Shown one piece after another: positions 18,885-29,191 of a DNA stretch of 64,000 bases; the first letter of the stretch is position 1; each line of letters opens with the position of its first letter. Location: the NCBI GenBank assembly GCA_964498765.1, contig CAZCIU010000006.1:8110-72109 (forward strand), given 5' to 3'. Both the position numbers and the translations under genes were made by a program. The notes beneath the pieces are model-generated. The model ran no database searches. It was not told the DNA's origin and worked only from the letters and a program-made list of their open reading frames with translations. Origin of the DNA: an uncultured Paludibacter sp. Lineage in GTDB: Bacteria > Bacteroidota > Bacteroidia > Bacteroidales > Paludibacteraceae.

Positions 18885-21800
18885 ATGAAAATAAAAATTA
18901 TATTTTTCAGCTTTTTAGCCTTTCTCACAATTTCGCTTAGCGCCCAAAATCCGTCTTCAAAGCGTGAAATAAACTGGACTGGCGTAGATACCTGGTCTAT
19001 CAATGATTACTCCAAACGAGTTTTATCCTTTGAAAATGCGCATTATCCAACAGAATTTGACCTTCCCTATTTTATCGAAACCATTCCGGCTGAGGAAAAT
19101 TTGACTTATTCGGCAGAATTACAAAATCTCGAACTTATTCCTCTGAATGCCGAAGAAAAAGTTCTGATAAAAGCGTTTACCATCCCAGAAAATATTTCCG
19201 TTCAGACCTTTGCGACTTTTGATAGAGGCGTGCGCCAAATGAATTTTCAGTTTCTTCCTTTTGTGAAAAAAGGAGATGAGATTTTGAAAATCAAATCTTA
19301 CGAATTAAAAATTTCGCAAGTTCAATCTGCCGCAAAATCACCCGAAGCAGCTACGCGTACGTATGCTCAAAACTCTGTTTTAGCATCCGGAAAATTTGTG
19401 AAAGTGAGGGTGAAAGAAAGCGGAATGTATAAGTTGACTTACGAAGCTTTAAATTCTATGGGAGTAAATCCGGCTAATGTTCGTGTATTCGGATATGGCG
19501 GTGCGCTGCTCGATCAGGATTTGAGAAAATTCAAACCGGATGATTTACCTGAAGTGGCAATTTATATGAATAAAGGTGCAGATGGCGTGTTTAACGCGGG
19601 CGATTATATCCTTTTTTACGGTCAGGGAATTTACAAATGGAATTACGATACATCCTCCAGAACTTTCGTTCACACACAAAATCATTACGCCAAAGAAGGT
19701 TATTATTTTATCACATCCGATGCGGGTGTTGGTAAAATTATCGAAGATATAAATATTTTGCCTCCGCAAGGTAGAAGCGTGGTGAATGTGACTGAATTTC
19801 AGGATTATCAGGTGGTTGACGTGGATAAAATCAATCTTAGAAATACCGGAAAAGTGTTTTATGGTGATGAATTTAACGTTAGTCCGCTGAGTTACAATTA
19901 CAGTTTTACTTTCCCAAATATCACTTCGGCAGATATCCGAGCAAAAATCGATGTAGCAGCCATTGCAAGCGAAATTTCTACTTTCACTTTAAGGCTGAAT
20001 GGGACTCAGGAAAAATCGATTTCAGTTCAGAAAAAAAGTTCTAATACCTACGATATTGGTCAGGGATTTACAGGAACATTTATTTTCAATTCCACTAATT
20101 CATCGCTTGCATACACGCTTACATACAATAAACCGAACTCAAGTGCACGTGGATATTTCAATTATTTGGCTGTAAATGCACGTCGATCTTTGGTGATGAC
20201 CGGAAGTGAAATGTATTTCAGAAATACAGATAATCTTCAATCTTCGGTTTATAATAGATTTGTAATTTCCGGAGCCGGTGCTAATGTGCAAGTTTGGGAT
20301 ATTACCGATCAAAGCAATATTAAGCGAATTGTAACTACTCGCAATGGTGATGCCATCGAGTTTTACGATTCAAATGAAACACTGAAACAATACGTTGCAA
20401 TTGATCCAACGGCAAAAGCGTCATTTACGTTGGAACCGGTTTCAGCTGGTGTTGTTCCAAATCAAAATATTCATGGAATGGAACCGGCTGAATTTGTCAT
20501 TCTTACGCATCCTGATTTTCTGGCTCAAGCAGAAAAACTGGCAAATACGCACCGCCAGATGGAGCAAATGACTGTAAATGTGATTACTACAGAGCAGGTT
20601 TACAATGAATTTGCTTCCGGAACATCGGATGCTTCGGCCATTCGCTGGGCGATGAAAAAATGGTACGACGAATCGGATAAACAGTATCCAATATACCTTT
20701 TGCTTTTCGGTCGTGGATCGTACGACAATCGAAGTTTGATATACAATTCCGGTGACAATTTTATTCCAACCTATCAGGCGGATATTTCTTTGGATCAAGT
20801 GAAATCGTATCTGACCGATGATTATTTCGGGCTGCTTGATGAAAATGAAGGAGTGAATATTCATTCAGATAAAGTGGATTTGGGAATTGGTAGATTTCCG
20901 GTAAGCACAGTTCAACAAGCTGAGGATGTGGTGAATAAGAACATTGCTTACATGAAAAATGAAATCAAAGGCAACTGGAAAAATCAATTTGCGTTTCTGG
21001 CGGATGATGGCGATGGAGCTACTCACATGCGTGATATGGACAAAATTGTTGAAGAATTGAAGACTGTTTTCCCGGTTTATCAATATAATAAAATTTACCT
21101 GGATGCATTCAAACAGGAAGTTACTGCCACCGGCGAAAGCTATCCTTTGGCAAGAACCCGACTGCATACCTTGATAAATTCCGGCTTATTTATGCTCAAT
21201 TTTATGGGACATGCCGGACCGCACGGCTGGACATATGAAAGCGTGCTTTCTACTGCCGATGTAAAAGGGATGTATAATACAAAATTACCGCTTTGGGTAG
21301 CTGCAACTTGTGATTTTGTGCTGTTTGATGTGAAAAATATTTCTGCCGGTGAATATGTTTTGCTAAATTCTGCCGGAGGTGGAATTGGTTTGTATTCTGC
21401 CGCTCGTGTGGTTTATGCATCCGAAAATGCAAGATTAAACCGATTGTTTACATTGGATTTATTTGCTAAAAAAAGCGATGGAACTTATCCAAGAGTGGGA
21501 GATGCGGTGCGAACTTCTAAAAATGAAGCAGGAATTGGAATTAACAAACTTTCCTACGTTTTATTGGGAAATCCGGCTTTACGATTGAATTATCCGGCAC
21601 CGTATAAAGTGGTAACTGAAAAACTTAACGACCATTTCATAAGTGGCACAGATACGCTGAAAGCACTTTCTGTGGATAAATTCACCGGATATATCGCCGA
21701 TGAAAATAACCAAAAAGTGAGCGATTACAACGGAACGGTGGAAATCTCCATGTTTGATAAAATTCAACGAGTAACAACACTGAATAACCACAACGATGGA

Positions 21801-22667
21801 GGCATTATTTTTAATGACAGACCTAATATCCTTTATTCCGGAAAAGCAAATGTGTCTGATGGAGAATTCAGTTTTACAGCCATGATTCCGCGTGATATTC
21901 GCTATAATTATGGAAACGGACGAATAAATTATTATGCTTCGGAGGCAAATTCGCATCGGGAAGCGCAAGGTTTTTCCGAAAGTTTTGTGGTGGGTGGTTC
22001 CAGTTCTAATTTTGTGAACGAAACAGATGGTCCGATTGTTGAGATGTTCCTGAACACTCCGAATTTTGTTTCGGGTGGCAAAGTGAATGAAACTCCGCTT
22101 TTCATTGCCAAAATATTCGATATTAACGGAATAAATACGGTTGGAAGTGGAATTGGGCATGATTTGAGACTTGTGATTGATAATAATCCATACAATTCTC
22201 ACATTATGAATGAGTATTTTGAAGCGGACACGGACAGCTATCAAAGTGGCGTAGTGCGCATGAAATTACCGGAATTGGAAGCCGGAAAACACACTTTGAC
22301 GCTTTATGCATGGGATTTACTGAACAATTCTACAACTGCAACGTTAGATTTTGAAGTTGTTCCCGGATTGAAACCGGAGATTTTTGAAGTAAGTAATTTC
22401 CCAAATCCGGTGAAAACCTCCACAACATTTGTCATTACGCATGACAGACCGCAAGTGATTTTGGAAACAACAGTAGATGTTTATGATGTTGCGGGAAGAA
22501 ATATTTATACTCGCTCTCAAAGCAGTGCTGAGAATATTAATTGGGATTTGACAGACGCTACCGGCAAACGAGTTCCTGCCGGAGTGTATATTTACAAAAT
22601 ATCTATCAAAACTCTCAACAGCAAAATGACTTCGAAAGGAAATAAAATAATTGTACTCGGACAATAA
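18885..22667 (+). CDS. porU: Type IX secretion system sortase PorU (C25 peptidase family)
   Basis: The ORF opens at 18837. The ATG at 18885 gives a proper signal peptide (MKIKIIFFSFLAFLTISLSAQ). About 1260 aa with a gingipain-type C25 region. It has its own T9SS-type C-terminal domain (NFPNPV...AGVYIYKISIKT) and lies directly upstream of porV. Confidence 0.85.
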   Translation: MKIKIIFFSFLAFLTISLSAQNPSSKREINWTGVDTWSINDYSKRVLSFENAHYPTEFDLPYFIETIPAEENLTYSAELQNLELIPLNAEEKVLIKAFTIPENISVQTFATFDRGVRQMNFQFLPFVKKGDEILKIKSYELKISQVQSAAKSPEAATRTYAQNSVLASGKFVKVRVKESGMYKLTYEALNSMGVNPANVRVFGYGGALLDQDLRKFKPDDLPEVAIYMNKGADGVFNAGDYILFYGQGIYKWNYDTSSRTFVHTQNHYAKEGYYFITSDAGVGKIIEDINILPPQGRSVVNVTEFQDYQVVDVDKINLRNTGKVFYGDEFNVSPLSYNYSFTFPNITSADIRAKIDVAAIASEISTFTLRLNGTQEKSISVQKKSSNTYDIGQGFTGTFIFNSTNSSLAYTLTYNKPNSSARGYFNYLAVNARRSLVMTGSEMYFRNTDNLQSSVYNRFVISGAGANVQVWDITDQSNIKRIVTTRNGDAIEFYDSNETLKQYVAIDPTAKASFTLEPVSAGVVPNQNIHGMEPAEFVILTHPDFLAQAEKLANTHRQMEQMTVNVITTEQVYNEFASGTSDASAIRWAMKKWYDESDKQYPIYLLLFGRGSYDNRSLIYNSGDNFIPTYQADISLDQVKSYLTDDYFGLLDENEGVNIHSDKVDLGIGRFPVSTVQQAEDVVNKNIAYMKNEIKGNWKNQFAFLADDGDGATHMRDMDKIVEELKTVFPVYQYNKIYLDAFKQEVTATGESYPLARTRLHTLINSGLFMLNFMGHAGPHGWTYESVLSTADVKGMYNTKLPLWVAATCDFVLFDVKNISAGEYVLLNSAGGGIGLYSAARVVYASENARLNRLFTLDLFAKKSDGTYPRVGDAVRTSKNEAGIGINKLSYVLLGNPALRLNYPAPYKVVTEKLNDHFISGTDTLKALSVDKFTGYIADENNQKVSDYNGTVEISMFDKIQRVTTLNNHNDGGIIFNDRPNILYSGKANVSDGEFSFTAMIPRDIRYNYGNGRINYYASEANSHREAQGFSESFVVGGSSSNFVNETDGPIVEMFLNTPNFVSGGKVNETPLFIAKIFDINGINTVGSGIGHDLRLVIDNNPYNSHIMNEYFEADTDSYQSGVVRMKLPELEAGKHTLTLYAWDLLNNSTTATLDFEVVPGLKPEIFEVSNFPNPVKTSTTFVITHDRPQVILETTVDVYDVAGRNIYTRSQSSAENINWDLTDATGKRVPAGVYIYKISIKTLNSKMTSKGNKIIVLGQ

Positions 22668-22743
22668 AACAAAAATATAGCGTTTAAATAACCGTACTTT
22701 TTAATTGACCTAAGCAAAAAAAATTAAGCAAAATAACAATCAG

Positions 22744-23919
22744 ATGAAAAAGACCTTTTTTTTACTGCTCTCAGCATTTGTAATTTCAATTTCTGCAGTA
22801 GCACAACCGGAAGCTAACGAACAGTTGAACCCGCTTATTACGGGTGTTCCATCCTTGACTATCACTCCAGATGCACGCGCAGGCGGTATGGGTGATGTGG
22901 GTGCAGCTACCACTCCTGACATTAATTCTCAGCACTGGAACCCGGCAAAATATGCTTTTATGGAAAGTCCGGCCGGATTTACATTTTCTTTTACTCCATG
23001 GTTGAGCAAGTTAGTTTCTGATATTAACCTGCTATACACGGCCGGTTACTGGAAATTCGACGAATTCTCCTCCGTGAGTGCATCATTGCGTTTCTTCTCT
23101 CTGGGAGAAATAAAACTTACCGGAGAAAGACCCGACGACGATTACGGAACAGCGCATCCAAACGAATTAGCATTTGACTTGGCATACTCCAGACTTTTGT
23201 CTGAAAACTGGTCTGCAGCAGTTGCATTTCGTTATATTCGTTCTGACCTGAACAACGGTGCTAACAATACCGCTGACCCTATGTACCCGGGAAATGCAAT
23301 CGCAGCTGACGTGGCAACCTATTATCGCAAACCGATTGAAATGTCAACTGGTGAAGCTAATCTTGGTTTCGGTTTAAATATTTCAAATATCGGTTCTAAA
23401 ATCTCATACGATCAAAATCTGACCAGCATTTTTATCCCTACAAACTTGAGATTGGGTGCGTCATTTGATTATCCGATTGATGATTACAATAAAATTTCAT
23501 TCAGCGCTGATATCAATAAATTGCTTGTGCCAACTCCAGTGAAAAGAATGGAAGGCGAGAGCGATGTTGATTTTGATGCTCGCAGAGACGCATATTACGA
23601 AACAGGTCCTATCGCCGGTATTTTCAAATCTTTTGGCGATGCTCCGGGCGGAATGTCTGAAGAATTGAAAGAAATTATGTGGTCTGCAGGTGCAGAATAT
23701 GCATACAACGATCAGTTTTTTGTTCGTACAGGATACTTCAATGAGCACCAACTGAAAGGTAACCGTAAATATTTTACAGCCGGCGTTGGTTTCAAACTGA
23801 ATATGTTCCAATTGGATGCTGCTTATTTGATTTCTGCAGCTCAGACCAATCCATTGGATCAAACGTTGCGTTTTACGCTTGGATTTGACCTGAACGGACT
23901 ACAAAATCTGATGAGATAA
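22744..23919 (+). CDS. porV: T9SS outer-membrane shuttle protein PorV (LptO)
   Basis: 391 aa. Signal peptide, then NPLITGVPSLTITPDARAGGMGDVGAAT, characteristic of PorV. FadL-like barrel length. Confidence 0.85.
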   Translation: MKKTFFLLLSAFVISISAVAQPEANEQLNPLITGVPSLTITPDARAGGMGDVGAATTPDINSQHWNPAKYAFMESPAGFTFSFTPWLSKLVSDINLLYTAGYWKFDEFSSVSASLRFFSLGEIKLTGERPDDDYGTAHPNELAFDLAYSRLLSENWSAAVAFRYIRSDLNNGANNTADPMYPGNAIAADVATYYRKPIEMSTGEANLGFGLNISNIGSKISYDQNLTSIFIPTNLRLGASFDYPIDDYNKISFSADINKLLVPTPVKRMEGESDVDFDARRDAYYETGPIAGIFKSFGDAPGGMSEELKEIMWSAGAEYAYNDQFFVRTGYFNEHQLKGNRKYFTAGVGFKLNMFQLDAAYLISAAQTNPLDQTLRFTLGFDLNGLQNLMR

Positions 23920-23964
23920 TCGAAGTTGAAAATGAACTAAATTTCAACTGATTTACAACATACA

Positions 23965-23999
23965 AAAGCCGTAATAATTGAACTTATTGCGGTTTTTTG
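23965..23999 (+). terminator. Rho-independent terminator after porV
   Basis: AAAGCCGTAATAA-TTGAAC-TTATTGCGGTTTT (13 bp, 2 G-U pairs) followed by a T-run. Confidence 0.65.
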
Positions 24000-24040
24000 T
24001 TGTTAGAATATATTACTTCAAAATTCAAAAAAATAGATGT

Positions 24041-24520
24041 ATGAAGATTAGAGTAGGTTTTGGCTATGATGTGCATAGTTTTGCTCCGGATAGAGAACTT
24101 TGGCTCGGAGGTATAAAAATTGACCACCATCTCGGATTAATGGGACATTCCGACGCCGATGTGCTTATTCACGCGCTTTGTGATGCTATTCTTGGAGCTG
24201 CTAATATGCGTGACATTGGTTTTCATTTTCCGGACAATGCTGCGCAATACAAGAATATTGACAGTAAAATTCTCTTGAAAGACGTGATGAAACTTGTGCG
24301 TGAAAAAGGCTGGGAGTTTGGTAATACAGACTGCACCATTGCTGCTGAGAAACCGAAACTTAATCCACATATTCCCGAAATGCAAAAAACATTGGCTGCC
24401 GTGATGAATGTAGATGTGGATGATATATCCATCAAAGCAACAACCAGCGAAAAAATGGGATTTGTGGGCAGGCAAGAAGGCATGGCGGCGTATGTCACTG
24501 TTTTGCTTGAAAAAGAATAA
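24041..24520 (+). CDS. ispF: 2-C-methyl-D-erythritol 2,4-cyclodiphosphate synthase
   Basis: The ATG at 24041 gives 159 aa starting MKIRVGFGYDVH. The motif HSDADVLIHALCDAILGA is present. The 21 codons upstream are an ORF-finder extension. Confidence 0.9.
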   Translation: MKIRVGFGYDVHSFAPDRELWLGGIKIDHHLGLMGHSDADVLIHALCDAILGAANMRDIGFHFPDNAAQYKNIDSKILLKDVMKLVREKGWEFGNTDCTIAAEKPKLNPHIPEMQKTLAAVMNVDVDDISIKATTSEKMGFVGRQEGMAAYVTVLLEKE

Positions 24521-24529
24521 ACCGACCAC

Positions 24530-24564
24530 TAATCAATCCTTTCTATCGATTAATCAATCCTTTC
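24530..24564. repeat. Exact 14-bp direct repeat TAATCAATCCTTTC x2 (period 21)
   Basis: Copies at 24530-24543 and 24551-24564. CTTTCTATC recurs at 24539 and about 24589. Confidence 0.8.
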
Positions 24565-24653
24565 AATTTGCTTTTAAGGCTTTCTATCAGCTATTTTCAG
24601 TAATTTTGCAAAGAAGAAATTATTCAATCAAAAAATCAAACAATTAAATTTTT

Positions 24654-25280
24654 ATGTCAGTATTAGTAGGAAAAAAAGCGCCGGCAGTAGTCGGCAAAGC
24701 CGTAATCAACGGTAATGAAATAGTAGATAACTTTAGTTTAGAACAATATAGAGGAAAATACGTGGTGTTTTTCTTTTACCCGGCCGATTTTACATTCGTT
24801 TGTCCAACAGAATTAATTGCATTTCAAGATAAATTGGAAGAATTTGACAGCAGAAATACAGTTGTTGTGGGTGCTTCGACAGACTCAGCATTTTCTCACT
24901 GGAAATGGCTGCAAACTCCTCAAATCGAAGGTGGTATCAAAGGTGTGAAATATCCGTTGTATGCCGATAATTCGCTGATGGTTTCTAAAGCTTACGACGT
25001 TTTAGCAGGAGAAGAAAGCTGGACAGAAGAAGGCGAGGAAGTATTTTTGGGAGCTCCTGAGGCGTATCGCGGTTTGTTCTTGATTGACAAAGATGGAATT
25101 GTGCGTCATCAGGTTGTGAACGATATGCCGCTAGGACGCAGTGTAGATGAGGTAATCCGCGTGTTGGATGCGCTTCAGTTTACCGAAGAATACGGCGAAG
25201 TTTGTCCTGCAAACTGGAAAAAAGGCGATAAAGCGCTGAAAGCGACTCAAGAAGGTATCTCAGAATATTTGTCTAAATAG
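24654..25280 (+). CDS. Typical 2-Cys peroxiredoxin (AhpC/Prx1 type)
   Basis: 208 aa. Peroxidatic Cys in FTFVCPTE and resolving Cys in GEVCPANW. Confidence 0.9.
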   Translation: MSVLVGKKAPAVVGKAVINGNEIVDNFSLEQYRGKYVVFFFYPADFTFVCPTELIAFQDKLEEFDSRNTVVVGASTDSAFSHWKWLQTPQIEGGIKGVKYPLYADNSLMVSKAYDVLAGEESWTEEGEEVFLGAPEAYRGLFLIDKDGIVRHQVVNDMPLGRSVDEVIRVLDALQFTEEYGEVCPANWKKGDKALKATQEGISEYLSK

Positions 25281-25300
25281 GCTTAAATACGAAAAAATGA

Positions 25301-25337
25301 AAGACTGCTCTAAACTTTGAGCAGTCTTTTTTGTTTT
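25301..25337 (+). terminator. Rho-independent terminator
   Basis: AAGACTGCTC-TAAACTTT-GAGCAGTCTT followed by TTTTGTTTT. Confidence 0.8.
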
Positions 25338-25483
25338 ATAAACTTAGAATCAATATTTTTACATAATTTTGTATATTATTTGAAATGTGCGCTAAATAGA
25401 AGGGTTTCTCAAAATTCTTGGATACTTAGCTCAATTTTTTCTAAAAACAAAACCGTCTGATTTCAGATCTCAATTTTTTTATA

Positions 25484-26245
25484 ATGGATAATGTTTGGTT
25501 GTATGCATTGATTAGTACGATTATCGTAAGTACTATTTCATTGATTGGTGTGTCTTTGTTTGCCTTGAAAAGTGAAAAACTGCAACGAATTCTGTTGCTT
25601 TTGGTCAGTTTTTCGGTAGGTGCTTTGCTTGGGAATGCATTTTTTCACCTTGTGCCGGAGTCGTATTTTCATATTTCTTCAGCCAAAATGACTTCATGGC
25701 TGATAATTGGCGGTTTTATGCTATTTTTCCTGGTAGATCAGCTGCTTCACACACATCAAAACGGCAAAGTGACCGACTCTTCCAAAGTGAAACCTTACGG
25801 TTATCTGAGCCTTTACGCAGATGGAATTCACAACTTTACGGATGGGATTTTGATTGGTGCTGCCTGGATGTTTTCACCTGAGTTAGGATTAGCTACAACT
25901 ATCACCGTTATTTTGCACGAAATTCCGCAGGAAATCAGTGATTTTGGCATTTTGCTGAAAGCCGGATTTACCAAAAGAAAAGCCCTGCTTTATAATTTTA
26001 TCGTAGCCACTGCTGCTGTTTTAGGAACTGTTCTTGCACTTTGGCTGGGACATGAAGTGGAGCATTTTTCTATTTACATTTTGCCTGTTGCGGCCGGTGG
26101 ATTTATCTATTTAGCAGCTACAAGTCTGTTGCCTGAGGTACTTAAAAATACTAAAAAAGGGAATTGGCTGATTTACATTCTATTTGTTTTGCTGGGACTG
26201 GGATTGATGTATTACTTTAGTTTACACGGTTCGCATCAGCATTAA
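25484..26245 (+). CDS. ZIP-family divalent metal transporter
   Basis: 253 aa, multi-TM. HNFTDG and HEIPQEISDF motifs are present. Confidence 0.8.
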   Translation: MDNVWLYALISTIIVSTISLIGVSLFALKSEKLQRILLLLVSFSVGALLGNAFFHLVPESYFHISSAKMTSWLIIGGFMLFFLVDQLLHTHQNGKVTDSSKVKPYGYLSLYADGIHNFTDGILIGAAWMFSPELGLATTITVILHEIPQEISDFGILLKAGFTKRKALLYNFIVATAAVLGTVLALWLGHEVEHFSIYILPVAAGGFIYLAATSLLPEVLKNTKKGNWLIYILFVLLGLGLMYYFSLHGSHQH

Positions 26246-26295
26246 AAAGCGAAAAACTTACATAAACATATTTTTATTTACAGATATTTTAGATT

Positions 26296-27399
26296 ATGAG
26301 ACTATTTAATATTTTCGTATTCGCACTTCTTTTTCCGGTTGTTTTATTTTCACAAGAATTGAAATACAACACGGAAGTTCACTTTTTCTTTGATAATACC
26401 GAATTTGCAAAGTCAAATCTGGCAATTGATCAAACGATGGCCGGAGTTACTCTGACGCAGGAAATTGGTTGGGAATTTGACGACAAACATTATATCATGG
26501 GCGGAGTTGATGCCATGAAAAGACTTGGTGGACACGATGTTTTGGATGATATTCACTTGCTGGCTTATTATCAGTTGAAGGACGACAACACTTTATTCAA
26601 AGTGGGTACTTTTCATCGCCACGACCTGCTGGATGATTATTCCAATTTCTTTTTTCAGGATTCAATTTCCTTTTACAAACACACGATGGAAGGAATTTAT
26701 TTTGTGAAAGGGGATGAAAAACAATTTGTGAAACTTTGGCTGGACTGGACAGGCTTGCAATCTGAAACTGAAAGAGAAAGTTTTTATCTCGGAGCTTCAG
26801 GATATAAAAAGTTTGGAAAGCTGTTTTTTGCTGATTTTCAATCGTATATGCATCACTTTGCAACTACACGACCAAATCCGAAGCATCTGACCGTGTCTGA
26901 TAATTTGCTTGGTCAACTATCCGTTGGTTTGAAATATTCTAATAAAAAAGGATTGAATAATCTCAGATTTTCAGTGGGAGTTTTATCCGGTTTTGAAAGA
27001 GACAGAATAAATATGGATAATTACGGAACTCCGACGGGTGGAGTGGCGCAACTGGATTTTGATTACAAAGGTTTTGGTATAGAAAATCTATTCTATTATG
27101 GTCAGGAGAGAATGGTGCTTTACGAAAGATACGGCAATGAACTGTACTGGGGAAATCCATTCTTGCGCTCAAATATGTACTTGCAAAATAAACTCTATTG
27201 GAATTTTATCAATAACGACCATGTAAAAGGGCAAATTGCGGCTCGTACTCATCTTTCTGAAGGCAAAGTATATTTTGAGCAAATGCTTACTTTGAGTGCT
27301 CACATCAATAATTATCATTCCAAAAAGAATAATAATCCCACTTTCTGGGAACGTATTTTTCCGAGAGAACCCAGACCGTCTGAAATTTTTGAATTGTAG
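26296..27399 (+). CDS. Secreted hypothetical protein, possibly an outer-membrane beta-barrel
   Basis: 367 aa. Signal peptide (LLFPVVLFSQ). Aromatic-rich alternating pattern, with a terminal residue pattern (EIFEL) not typical of a barrel. No family recognised. Confidence 0.45.
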   Translation: MRLFNIFVFALLFPVVLFSQELKYNTEVHFFFDNTEFAKSNLAIDQTMAGVTLTQEIGWEFDDKHYIMGGVDAMKRLGGHDVLDDIHLLAYYQLKDDNTLFKVGTFHRHDLLDDYSNFFFQDSISFYKHTMEGIYFVKGDEKQFVKLWLDWTGLQSETERESFYLGASGYKKFGKLFFADFQSYMHHFATTRPNPKHLTVSDNLLGQLSVGLKYSNKKGLNNLRFSVGVLSGFERDRINMDNYGTPTGGVAQLDFDYKGFGIENLFYYGQERMVLYERYGNELYWGNPFLRSNMYLQNKLYWNFINNDHVKGQIAARTHLSEGKVYFEQMLTLSAHINNYHSKKNNNPTFWERIFPREPRPSEIFEL

Positions 27400-27416
27400 G
27401 AATTAGTTGAGTTTTA

Positions 27417-27466
27417 CGAACTTCCGAATTTACAAAAACCATGTGAATTCGGAAGTTTTATTTTTA
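27417..27466 (+). terminator. Rho-independent terminator
   Basis: AACTTCCGAATT-loop-AATTCGGAAGTT followed by TTATTTTT. Confidence 0.75.
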
Positions 27467-27586
27467 AATAATTTGACCGAATTAGCTAATTGCTTAATTC
27501 ATTGAATTTTAGATTTTGCAACTTAAGTTTATTTCTTTATCTTTGTTTTTCGAGATAAATTTGAACACGTAAATTACTAAGAAATA

Positions 27587-29125
27587 ATGCTTGTAAAGAC
27601 ATTTGGTGCTGCAGTTCAGGGAATTAATGCAACGCTTGTAACAATTGAGGTAAACGTAAGTCAGGGAATTCGATTTATGATTGTAGGCTTGCCGGACAAT
27701 GCCGTGCGTGAAAGCCACGAACGTATAATTTCTGCGTTGAAATATAATTCCTATGACCTTCCTCGGAAGCAAATTATTGTCAACATGGCACCTGCAGACA
27801 TCCGAAAAGAAGGTTCTGCGTATGATTTACCGCTGGCAATAGGGATAATGGCTGCTGCTGAGAAAATTCCATTTGAAGAATTGGATCAGTACGTAATCAT
27901 GGGCGAACTATCGCTTGATGGGAGTTTGCAGCCCATAAAAGGCGTGTTACCGATTGCAATTAAAGCACGTGAGGAAAAATTCAAAGGCTTTATTCTTCCC
28001 AAACAAAATGCTCGTGAAGCTGCCGTGGTGAACAATCTGGATGTTTATGGAGTGGAAAATATCAAGGAAGTGATTGACTTTCTGAAAGGTGAAATTACGC
28101 TCGAACCAACGTACGTAAATACTCGTGAGGAATTTTATCAGCAGTTGAATTTAGCTGATATAGATTTTGCAGATGTAAAAGGACAGGAAAATGTAAAGCG
28201 TGCACTCGAAGTTTCGGCTGCCGGTGGGCATAATATTGTTCTCGTTGGCCCTCCCGGAGCAGGTAAATCGATGTTAGCCAAGCGAATACCGACCATACTT
28301 CCGCCTCTCACATTGCATGAAGCACTTGAAACGACTAAAATCCATTCCGTAGCAGGAAATATAGATAATAATACTTCGCTGATTTCTCAAAGACCTTTCA
28401 GAAGCCCACATCATACTATCAGTGATGTCGCCTTAGTTGGGGGTGGAACTTTTCCTCAAGCCGGAGAAATTTCACTTGCCCACAATGGAGTCCTTTTTTT
28501 GGATGAACTTCCAGAATTTAAACGGACTGTGTTGGAAGTCATGCGTCAGCCGCTTGAAGACAGAAAAATCAGTATTTCCAGAGCAAAATTTGCAATTGAT
28601 TATCCCGCCAGTTTTATGCTTGTGGCATCCATGAACCCATGTCCTTGCGGCTATTACAACCATCCTACACGTGATTGTGTATGTGCTCCGGGAGTTGTTC
28701 AGAAATATTTAAGTCGAATTAGTGGCCCTTTATTGGACAGAATCGATCTGCACATTGAAATTACACCCGTTCCCTTTGAAAAACTGGCAGAAATGAAAGA
28801 ATCAGAAAATAGTGAAGCTGTACGATTGCGAGTTGTGAAAGCGCGTGAAATTCAGGAACATCGTTTCCGTGATGTAGATGGCGTGTATTGCAATGCACAG
28901 ATGTCTTCCAAGCAGCTTCGGGAATATGCACAGCCGGACAAAGAAGGCAGTGAATTGCTGAAAAGTGCTATGTTGCGACTGAATTTATCGGCTCGGGCAT
29001 ACGATCGAATTCTGAAAGTTGCGCGTACCATTGCCGATTTGGACGATAGCGAAAATATCGAATCATACCATTTGGCTGAAGCAATTAACTATCGAAATTT
29101 GGATAGGGAAGGTTGGGCTGGATGA
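27587..29125 (+). CDS. YifB/ComM-family Mg-chelatase-like AAA+ ATPase
   Basis: 512 aa. Lon-like N-domain, Walker A GPPGAGKS, Walker B VLFLDELPEF, and a Cys cluster (NPCPCGY...CVC). Confidence 0.9.
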   Translation: MLVKTFGAAVQGINATLVTIEVNVSQGIRFMIVGLPDNAVRESHERIISALKYNSYDLPRKQIIVNMAPADIRKEGSAYDLPLAIGIMAAAEKIPFEELDQYVIMGELSLDGSLQPIKGVLPIAIKAREEKFKGFILPKQNAREAAVVNNLDVYGVENIKEVIDFLKGEITLEPTYVNTREEFYQQLNLADIDFADVKGQENVKRALEVSAAGGHNIVLVGPPGAGKSMLAKRIPTILPPLTLHEALETTKIHSVAGNIDNNTSLISQRPFRSPHHTISDVALVGGGTFPQAGEISLAHNGVLFLDELPEFKRTVLEVMRQPLEDRKISISRAKFAIDYPASFMLVASMNPCPCGYYNHPTRDCVCAPGVVQKYLSRISGPLLDRIDLHIEITPVPFEKLAEMKESENSEAVRLRVVKAREIQEHRFRDVDGVYCNAQMSSKQLREYAQPDKEGSELLKSAMLRLNLSARAYDRILKVARTIADLDDSENIESYHLAEAINYRNLDREGWAG

Positions 29126-29141
29126 TGATTTGAAAGAATAA

Positions 29142-29177
29142 AAAAGACCGTTTAGTTAAGCTAAACGGTCTTTTTTG
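29142..29177. terminator. Bidirectional terminator between convergent genes
   Basis: AAAAGACCGTTTAG-TTAAG-CTAAACGGTCTTTT. Confidence 0.8.
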
Positions 29178-29191
29178 TATGAAAACCAATC

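Noticed and set aside
23978-24040. N-terminal extension of ispF
   Set aside because: The ATG at 24041 gives the standard 159-aa IspF beginning MKIRVGFGYDVH. The extension overlaps the porV terminator region.
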